This document shows, piece by piece, positions 21,631-28,147 of a stretch of 28,147 nucleotides of DNA; within the stretch, counting starts at the first letter, position 1; each line of letters starts with the position of its first letter. This stretch comes from a bacterium (GTDB lineage Bacteria > UBP7 > UBA6624 > JBBIMK01). The translations under genes and the position numbers were made by a program. The DNA lies in assembly GCA_037444445.1 (NCBI GenBank), contig JBBIMK010000027.1:1-28147 (forward strand), in the 5' to 3' direction. The notes under the pieces were generated by a model. It searched no databases. It was given only the letters and a program-made list of their open reading frames with translations, and had not been told where the DNA came from.

Positions 21631-23793
21631 TTATCGGGTGATGAGGATTCGCTCTTCCGTGTTTTCTTCAATCTCTTTCTCCGTAAAAAATAGCGGATGA
21701 TAAGAGTTGTTAAGCCACAGTGACAGTTGGTCCTGGAAATGAGGAGAAGTGGGATTTCCACTGTTGCCTCCGGGCAAAACTCCCCGGGCTTTTGGGGGTG
21801 AGGTCATTTCTACAATGAAGCGATACATGGCTCCCAGGTCTTGAACCCAGGCTGGCTTCTTATCTATCCATTCTAAGTTCGCATACCCCACATCCACGGT
21901 GCCAGCATCCCCCTGCTTACTCATCAGTGGAGGGGTCCATTTTCCTTTGATTTTTCGCTCTAATGCATGCCTCATCCTTATCCTGTGCACTACCTTCCAC
22001 TTCCAGCCTTGTGGGTCTTTTCCATAATATTGTATCAGCGTTTCCACCGCCTGCGTGAGGCTTTTCGTTGTCAGTGCTTTCAACTTATCCGGCTCCCTAT
22101 CAAATCCCAGATACAGCGCCGTGTCACTTCCTTCTTCCCCTTCAAAATAAGCCTCGCCAAGGAAGTGAAACCAGAACCTGAATAGTGTTGCGCCCACGCT
22201 TTCCTCATCCGCCCGATTATCCCACTGCTCTAAAATCCGAATGGCTTTCTCTATCATCTTATCTTCTGTCACCTTTTCATCTAAAGCCCTTAACATCATT
22301 TGTTTGAAAATTAAGGCTTGCATCACCCGGGTATCCGCCTGTATGTTTATCATATCCTCCACACTGAGTTTATCCTTTTCCTGCAGCATCTGAACGATGC
22401 GCCATGCCCGATATTCTTCTCCAAAATCGCCGGGTAATTGCTCTGCCTCTCGGGAAGGGGGGTTATTGGCGGTGGCGATGAAATGCCACTTCGGATTTTC
22501 CAGATGAGGCAACTCATCCAGAGATAGGGGGCCCTCCCAGTCCCCGATAGGGGAATCCGCATCCAGAACCTCTCTCCGCCATCCGGGTTTTCGCTTCGGT
22601 ATCCACCCTGCCGCCTGATAGGCGATATTTCCCTGGACGTCCGCCATCACCCAGTTTTGGGCAGGCATAGGATAATGCTTCAGCCCCTCCCGAAAATCCT
22701 GCACGGTTCCTGCATTCATCAAGTCAAAAACAAAATCCATTGGAATGCAGGTCATATCCCACCCTGCCCATCTAACGGTATAAGCGGTCTGGCCTTTCAT
22801 CCAGAAAATCAACCCCCGAGAGGTGGCGTAAAACTTTTTCCAGAAGATAGGAATCTTCACACCCGGAAAAACCTTTACCCGGACCACGGGTTGAGTCACG
22901 GATAGAGGTTTCCATTCCCCTTGAGAGAGGTATCGCTTTCTCCTTCTATCTACCTTTTCCCGATACACCTCCCAGATGTCCACACCGAGATAGGTTACGC
23001 CCCAGGCAACTTTCCCATTATGCCCCAGGATAGGAAAAGGCAAGCCGGGAATCATCGCTCCAATAACATTGAGGTTCCCACCTTTTACATGAACCTCGTA
23101 CAGTGGAGGCGGTGTGGAAAGGGTCAAGTGGGGGTCATTACAAAGAATGGGGTAGCCCGAGGCAGACTTCGTTCCATCCACTACCCAGTTATTGCTCCCC
23201 TTACTGTGACCTCTTGCCCCTTTCCCTGTTCCTCCCATCATCAACCCGAAGATCCCTTTCCCCTCTTCCGTCGTCACAATGTATCCAAGCCTTTCCTCCG
23301 GGTAAGCGAATTGCACCCACTTCTCACCTTTTTTCTGGCAGACAGCCATCCACTCCAGGCGATTTTCCATTTCCTGCCGGCTCAGTTGCAAACCCTGAAG
23401 GAAAAAGATGCGAATCACATCTTCTGGCGTCCATTTTTCTGGTTTTAACCGTAAGGTTTCAAATTCAGGTGGAAGATTTTTCTCATTTCTCTCTACCCAG
23501 AAATTGATGCCATTGACGAAGTGGATGAGAAGCGAGCGTGTTTTTGAAGTTTTCGGTTGATTCTCCCAGAGTTGTTTTGCCAGCGCAGGGACACGGAGAA
23601 GGCAGATAAGAAAGTCCTGACGAACAGCGGAGGGACCTGCGATTTCCGCCCACCGCCCTGAAGCCACTCGCCTGAGATATTCCATCTGCCATAACCTATC
23701 CCGAGCGTTCATATACCCAAGAGCGAACAGAGCAGATGCCTCATCCTCCGCCAGAATATGCGGCACTCCGAACCTGTCTATCCGTATCTCCAT
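21631..23793 (-). CDS. Penicillin amidase / acyl-homoserine-lactone acylase family Ntn hydrolase, with no detectable signal peptide
   Basis: The alpha-subunit start is RIDRFGVPHILAEDEASALFALGYMNARDRLWQMEY. The beta-subunit nucleophile context is GSNNWVVDGTKSASGYPILCNDPHL. I chose the start at ATG 23793 (MEIRIDRFG). The 94 extra codons in the track ORF overlap the divergent adh gene and are non-hydrophobic. Confidence 0.9.
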   Translation of the reverse strand: MEIRIDRFGVPHILAEDEASALFALGYMNARDRLWQMEYLRRVASGRWAEIAGPSAVRQDFLICLLRVPALAKQLWENQPKTSKTRSLLIHFVNGINFWVERNEKNLPPEFETLRLKPEKWTPEDVIRIFFLQGLQLSRQEMENRLEWMAVCQKKGEKWVQFAYPEERLGYIVTTEEGKGIFGLMMGGTGKGARGHSKGSNNWVVDGTKSASGYPILCNDPHLTLSTPPPLYEVHVKGGNLNVIGAMIPGLPFPILGHNGKVAWGVTYLGVDIWEVYREKVDRRRKRYLSQGEWKPLSVTQPVVRVKVFPGVKIPIFWKKFYATSRGLIFWMKGQTAYTVRWAGWDMTCIPMDFVFDLMNAGTVQDFREGLKHYPMPAQNWVMADVQGNIAYQAAGWIPKRKPGWRREVLDADSPIGDWEGPLSLDELPHLENPKWHFIATANNPPSREAEQLPGDFGEEYRAWRIVQMLQEKDKLSVEDMINIQADTRVMQALIFKQMMLRALDEKVTEDKMIEKAIRILEQWDNRADEESVGATLFRFWFHFLGEAYFEGEEGSDTALYLGFDREPDKLKALTTKSLTQAVETLIQYYGKDPQGWKWKVVHRIRMRHALERKIKGKWTPPLMSKQGDAGTVDVGYANLEWIDKKPAWVQDLGAMYRFIVEMTSPPKARGVLPGGNSGNPTSPHFQDQLSLWLNNSYHPLFFTEKEIEENTEERILITR

Positions 23794-23905
23794 CCGCCCT
23801 TTATTATATCTATCGTCTTGCCTCTTTTCTCCACAATCTACAGAAGACTCTTCTGAAAAAAAGCCTGAAGCATCATCTTTCTGCTCTGGTAGAATAAGGG
23901 AGGAT

Positions 23906-24901
23906 ATGAAGGGAATGGTATTAAAGGAACCGGGTTCTGTCACCTCCGCACCCTTACAGATGACTGATTTGGAAAGGCCATCACCGGGTGAGAATGAAAT
24001 CCTTATCCGCGTCAAAGCCTGCGGAGTTTGCCATACTGATTTGCATATCGTGGAAGGGGAATTGAAATCGCACAAACTGCCGGTGGTGCCGGGACATCAG
24101 GTAGTGGGAATTGTGGAGGAAATCGGGCACGATGTGAAACATCTCAAACCGGGTGACCGGGTGGGCGTGGGATGGCTTCACCATACCTGCGGAGCGTGTG
24201 AATTCTGCCAAAAGGGGCGTGAAAATCTCTGCAACTTCGCATCTTTTACAGGATACGACAGCGATGGCGGATATGCGGAATATGTGCTGGGGCAGGAGAA
24301 TTTTACTTTTCACATTCCAGAGAATTTCTCGGATGAAGAAGCGGCCCCCCTGTTATGCGCAGGAATCATTGGGTATCGTGCCTATCGCCTCAGTTCTATA
24401 AAAACAGGGGAATGCCTGGGGCTTTACGGCTTCGGCGCCTCCGCTCACCTGATTCTCCAGGTAGCCCTTCATCAGGGATGCGAAGTCTTCGTATTCACCC
24501 GGAGCCCGGAGCATCGCCAGCTGGCGCTGGAATTGGGAGCCCGATGGGCAGGAAGAGCGGAAGAAACGCCACCGACTCAAATGGACTCCAGCATTCTCTT
24601 CGCCCCCGCCGGTCATCTCGTCCTGAAAGCCCTCCGGGTGCTGAAAAAGGGAGGCACCCTCGCCCTGGCAGTCATTCATTCCACCCCCATCCCGAAAATC
24701 ATCTATTCTCTGCTCTACCCGGAACGAACCATTCGGAGTGTGGCAAATTTTACCAGGCAGGATGCATCAGAATTCCTGAGCCTGGCAGGAAAAATTCCCA
24801 TCCGCCCCAGAGTTCAAACCTTCCCTCTTTCTCAAGCCAATTCCATACTCCAGAAATTAAAAGAAAAGGGCTTCCAGGGGTCCGCTGTGCTCACTCCATA
24901 G
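23906..24901 (+). CDS. Zinc-dependent alcohol dehydrogenase (medium-chain dehydrogenase/reductase family)
   Basis: SD AAGGGAGG precedes the ATG. The catalytic Zn motif is GVCHTDLHIVEG. The structural Zn cysteines are in CGACEFCQKGRENLC. The Rossmann glycine motif is GLYGFGASAH. Confidence 0.92.
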   Translation: MKGMVLKEPGSVTSAPLQMTDLERPSPGENEILIRVKACGVCHTDLHIVEGELKSHKLPVVPGHQVVGIVEEIGHDVKHLKPGDRVGVGWLHHTCGACEFCQKGRENLCNFASFTGYDSDGGYAEYVLGQENFTFHIPENFSDEEAAPLLCAGIIGYRAYRLSSIKTGECLGLYGFGASAHLILQVALHQGCEVFVFTRSPEHRQLALELGARWAGRAEETPPTQMDSSILFAPAGHLVLKALRVLKKGGTLALAVIHSTPIPKIIYSLLYPERTIRSVANFTRQDASEFLSLAGKIPIRPRVQTFPLSQANSILQKLKEKGFQGSAVLTP

Positions 24902-24940
24902 CAGAACCTTCCCTCTCCACGCCGGTGGTAAGATAAAAGT

Positions 24941-25675
24941 GTGAAAAGCAAAGACTGGGGGATGCACCAGGTTTCTTCAGAGGAAGTGGAAGCATTTCGC
25001 CAGACGATGAAGCCGGAAGATTTTTTAACACCCTATGAACTCTGGCAATATCAAGCCATGACCTCCCCTGACCGGAAGAGAGATTTTTTCGCTGGAAGAC
25101 TGGCGGCAAAAAATCTGCTCCGGCAATGGACTCACCAGAAAGGTGCTTCATCCCCTCCCTGGACCGCCATCGGCATCCGTAACTTGCCACCGGGTGTGCC
25201 AAAGATAGAATGGGTGAATTACCCCGGGTATCCTGCTTCTCAGAAAGCCTATCCACTATTAGTCCCTGACTTTTCCATTTCCATCGCTCATTGTGAAGGG
25301 AACGCAGTAGCCGCTCTTTCCCCTACCCTTTCCGTGGGCGTGGACATCCAGCGGATTCGCCCGATTCCATCCAGATATATTCATCGCCTCCTGACTCCCG
25401 GAGAGCTGGTTCATCTCCATCGGTTGAATCCGGAAGAAGAGTGGAAAAGTTTCTATGATTTCTGGGTTTTGAAGGAAGCAGTTGCCAAAGCCCTGCATAT
25501 CCCGCTATACACACGCATTCACGATATAGAAATATACCCTCGCCCTTCCGCTGAAACCGCACGCCTGAAACTTGCCCCTCACCTCCCGTCGACGGAAACC
25601 TGCCATTTGATACTAAAACACTGGAATGACTATAAAATCGCTTTCTGCGCCTGCTCCTTTTCCCTTCCGAAATAA
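24941..25675 (+). CDS. 4'-phosphopantetheinyl transferase, Sfp-type
   Basis: The motifs FSISIAHCEGNAVAAL, VGVDIQRI and FWVLKEAVAKA (W/FxxKEAxxK) mark the PPTase superfamily, and the length of about 240 aa fits the Sfp type. The start is either GTG 24941 or ATG 24962. Confidence 0.8.
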   Translation: MKSKDWGMHQVSSEEVEAFRQTMKPEDFLTPYELWQYQAMTSPDRKRDFFAGRLAAKNLLRQWTHQKGASSPPWTAIGIRNLPPGVPKIEWVNYPGYPASQKAYPLLVPDFSISIAHCEGNAVAALSPTLSVGVDIQRIRPIPSRYIHRLLTPGELVHLHRLNPEEEWKSFYDFWVLKEAVAKALHIPLYTRIHDIEIYPRPSAETARLKLAPHLPSTETCHLILKHWNDYKIAFCACSFSLPK

Positions 25676-25741
25676 AATCAGAAGAAAAATCGTTTGAGGC
25701 AAACCACTAAATTGGATAAAATTCTCTGTGGAGTGATAGAA

Positions 25742-26956
25742 ATGAGAAAGCCGTGGCTGGAAGGAGTAGTGATTTTCACCCTCTGGGCTCTCCGGATGGG
25801 AAGCACAGGGTATGGAGCAGATGCAGAGCGGGTCTGTCCCCCTCTTTCTTCCAAAATTGAAGAACGGATTGAAAGTGTAGAGAAAGCCGTTGCCAGTGAA
25901 CTACCTTTCAGCGAGAGAGAAAAAGTGGTTAAAGACGGAATGGCTTTCTTTAAAGAGATGGTGGAATATGCTCCTCGTGATGTGGAAGGATATATAGGAC
26001 TGGCAAGAATGCTGGCACTACACTGGCGATTAGAAGAAACACAAGCAAAATTAGACCTGGCTGATGAAGCCTTTGACCGGGCGACAATGAAGTTCCCGGA
26101 AAATACTCTCCCCTATTGCTACTGGGCTTCGTTTCTCACGAATGTAGAAATGGAAAACTACCTCACTGAAGAAAAAGCCCGAGGAAGGCAAGCCACTCTC
26201 TGGGAAAAAGCAGAATGGGCATATTCTCAGACCCTCGGGTTCCCAAATTTTCAGCCCACTGCCACATTTTTTGATGCTTTCCTGCATACACTGGCTCTGC
26301 GTGTAGCGGCGGGAGATGTGAGCCGGGCAATCGTGGGGTATCACTGGTCAAAAGTCGCCAGTCAACTCTTCCCGCAGAAACCCCCTCAAGAGTTTAAACT
26401 GGATGTTTTTCAGACCTACACTGAGGGGGAGAAATCTTTATTAGAACATCGGGATGATATAACTTTTACCTATAAGAAAGGCTGGGTCGCATACCGGAAC
26501 AACCGTTTCCGGTATGAAGTTCAATTTCCCGCCGGCTGGGTGATTCGGAAAGAGGAGTTATATACAGAAGCACAGCCACCCTTCAAAAGTTCCAATGTTC
26601 TAATAGTGGAGTTGCCCCTGGTTAGACAGCGGGCGTGGCGGTGGGAGAACGCCATCCATCCTTCTATCCGCCTCACCGCTATAGAAATGGTCACTGCCTT
26701 ACCCTTAAAATCTTTCTCGGAAAAGTGGCGAGGCCGCACCGGTGTTTTTCGGGGCCCCGGCACCCCCGCCCCGTTGCCCAATGCCTATGCGGAATCTTTT
26801 CTCCACAAAGAGGGAGATATAACCTACAAGGGAGATACGGTATATCTGGTAAAAGGAAATATCGGGTATCAAATAGTCTTCACTACAACGCCAGATAGTT
26901 ACAAAGGACACCGCCTTCTCTTCCTCGCTTTCCTCCAATCTCTCAAACTTCTATAA
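25742..26956 (+). CDS. Secreted hypothetical protein with a helical, TPR-like N-terminal half and an uncharacterised beta-rich C-terminal half
   Basis: GGAG lies 8 nt before the ATG at 25742. The signal-like N-terminus is MRKPWLEGVVIFTLWALRMGSTGYGA. I recognise no family motif. Coding is supported by ORF length and the absence of a competing frame. Confidence 0.65.
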   Translation: MRKPWLEGVVIFTLWALRMGSTGYGADAERVCPPLSSKIEERIESVEKAVASELPFSEREKVVKDGMAFFKEMVEYAPRDVEGYIGLARMLALHWRLEETQAKLDLADEAFDRATMKFPENTLPYCYWASFLTNVEMENYLTEEKARGRQATLWEKAEWAYSQTLGFPNFQPTATFFDAFLHTLALRVAAGDVSRAIVGYHWSKVASQLFPQKPPQEFKLDVFQTYTEGEKSLLEHRDDITFTYKKGWVAYRNNRFRYEVQFPAGWVIRKEELYTEAQPPFKSSNVLIVELPLVRQRAWRWENAIHPSIRLTAIEMVTALPLKSFSEKWRGRTGVFRGPGTPAPLPNAYAESFLHKEGDITYKGDTVYLVKGNIGYQIVFTTTPDSYKGHRLLFLAFLQSLKLL

Positions 26957-26997
26957 CTCAACATCTTCCGTTCCATTATGAAATCTAACCCCTTCCA

Positions 26998-27021
26998 CTT
27001 TGACTTCTGACCTTTGACTTC
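26998..27021 (+). repeat. Tandem direct repeat CTTTGACTTC x2 (14-bp period) upstream of the CsgG-like gene
   Basis: The 10-bp copies at 26998-27007 and 27012-27021 are identical, and each contains TTGACT. A TGGTATACT extended -10-like element lies at 27053-27061, too far away to pair with either copy as a -35. Confidence 0.3.
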
Positions 27022-27086
27022 CCCCCACTCCCGATTGGCTATTGGTTAACTATGGTATACTATAAGCAGAGGAGGTTGAATAAAAA

Positions 27087-28073
27087 ATGCGAAAAAGGAG
27101 TTTATTTACCTGCTTATTATTTCTAATAGTAACTCTTGGACTTTCTGTGGCTTCTGGACCACCGGAGGAGGATTACCCATCCAGAGAGCAGAAAAAAACG
27201 GAGAAGAAGTCGGATGAGCCGAAGTGCAAGGGGCTAAAGAAGAGCATCACGGTCTACAAGTTTGAGCCCAAAGCACCCGGGTCCCGGAGCGAGGTGGGCG
27301 ATACCCTCACGGATATGCTCCAGACCGCACTGGTGAACACAGGCTGTTTTATCGTGGTGGAGCGAACGGAACTGGAGCAAATTATGAAGGAGCAGAAACT
27401 GGCGGAGACAGGGAAAACCGTTCCTTCTTCTGCGGCGAAAGCAGGCTCTCTCGTGGGGGCGCAGGTCATCGTTATGGGCGCCATCACCACCTTTGAAGAA
27501 AACGAGCGAGGAGGCGCCATCGGAGGCATCACCCGAAGTGGACGGGTCGGCGGAATCATCACCAATAAAGCCAAAGTTACCCTGGATATGCGATTGGTGG
27601 ACACCAGCACGGGAGAAGTTCTACAAACCGCCACCGCCAGTGGCGATGCCTCCCAGACCGGTGTACTCATCGGTGGCATCCCTGTGGGTGACATCAAAAT
27701 TGGCACCGCCGCCTGGCAGAAAACTCCCATCGGCAACGCCGCAAGAGAAGCCATTGAAAATGCCGTCAAAATCATCCTGAATCAGATGAAAACCCTTCCC
27801 TGGCAAGCGAAAATCGCCCGAATCACAGAAGACAAAATCTACCTCAATATGGGGGAAAATGCAGGTATAAAAGCGGGTGAGTCCTACTTCGTCTATTCCA
27901 TCGGTGAGCCAATAACTGACCCCGATACCGGCGCCATCCTCGGGGTGGAAGAAACCAAAGCCGCCGTCATTGAAATCACCACCGTCCAGGAAAACCTCTC
28001 CATTGCAAAAGCCCTCACCTACCTCACCGAGAATGTCACCCTGAAACGCGGCGACCTCGTCCGGGAAAAGTAG
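27087..28073 (+). CDS. CsgG-family (curli production/transport component-like) periplasmic protein with an additional C-terminal beta domain
   Basis: The CsgG-like core is ITVYKFEPKA...VGDTLTDMLQTALVNTGCFIVVERTELEQIMKEQKL...GAQVIVMGAITTFE...VTLDMRLVDTSTGEVL. The signal peptide MRKRSLFTCLLFLIVTLGLSVASG has no lipobox Cys at the cleavage region. An extra C-terminal module of about 90 aa reads KIYLNMGENAGIKAGESYFVYS...LKRGDLV. Confidence 0.85.
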   Translation: MRKRSLFTCLLFLIVTLGLSVASGPPEEDYPSREQKKTEKKSDEPKCKGLKKSITVYKFEPKAPGSRSEVGDTLTDMLQTALVNTGCFIVVERTELEQIMKEQKLAETGKTVPSSAAKAGSLVGAQVIVMGAITTFEENERGGAIGGITRSGRVGGIITNKAKVTLDMRLVDTSTGEVLQTATASGDASQTGVLIGGIPVGDIKIGTAAWQKTPIGNAAREAIENAVKIILNQMKTLPWQAKIARITEDKIYLNMGENAGIKAGESYFVYSIGEPITDPDTGAILGVEETKAAVIEITTVQENLSIAKALTYLTENVTLKRGDLVREK

Positions 28074-28147
28074 CCAGAACTTTCCACACCATCACATAAA
28101 GAAGCACTTGCCCTTCCAGAGTTGCTGGATATATTTTCGGGCGGAGG

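Noticed and set aside
23794-24075. A 94-codon N-terminal extension of the acylase ORF as drawn in the track.
   Set aside because: It overlaps the SD and first 57 codons of the divergent adh gene. It is polar, with no signal-peptide character, and family similarity starts right at the ATG at 23793.
27053-27061. TGGTATACT extended -10-like element as the promoter of the CsgG-like gene.
   Set aside because: It has no usable -35, and the predicted transcription start would fall right at the SD. The support is too weak to list as a feature.
1-28147. Looked for CRISPR arrays, tRNA/rRNA genes, transposases, integrases, terminal inverted repeats and long repeats.
   Set aside because: No regularly spaced repeats, no cloverleaf-like or rRNA-like stretches in the few intergenic gaps, and no ORF with recognisable recombinase motifs. 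The longest repeats seen are 10-24 nt.

Overview
This 28.1-kb bacterial chromosomal window has moderate GC content. I cannot place the organism from sequence alone. It is densely coding, and I found no rRNA, tRNA, CRISPR array or transposase. Note that the ORF track renders GTG and TTG starts as M, and I re-picked several starts from Shine-Dalgarno (SD) spacing. Gene content in order: cstA(-), ppsA(+), an HD-GYP/GAF/degenerate-GGDEF signalling protein(-), and an EpmA-like ligase with an extra N-terminal OB-fold region(-). Next is a tightly coupled five-gene operon at 8204-13441(+) with the order cytochrome b, 9-heme cytochrome c, cytochrome b paralog, 17-18-heme NrfH-like-anchored cytochrome c, and 5-heme cytochrome c. 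After it come a truncated GNAT(-) and a DsbC/DsbG-like oxidoreductase(-). A metal-uptake operon follows(+) with two tandem DtxR-family regulators (the second fused to two FeoA domains), FeoB split over two overlapping frames, and a double zinc-ribbon protein. The rest of the window holds a Cys-less thioredoxin-fold protein(-), a DUF4382/DUF5666-type lipoprotein(-), a penicillin-acylase-family Ntn hydrolase with no signal peptide(-), a Zn-dependent alcohol dehydrogenase(+), an Sfp-type phosphopantetheinyl transferase(+), a secreted TPR-like protein(+), and a CsgG-family protein with an extra C-terminal domain(+). The best candidate for an undescribed system is the cytochrome b / multiheme cytochrome operon. 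It has about 32 heme-c sites, three potential quinol-interacting modules, and no catalytic subunit or outer-membrane porin in the window. All family assignments come from motif recognition by eye, and no database search was run.
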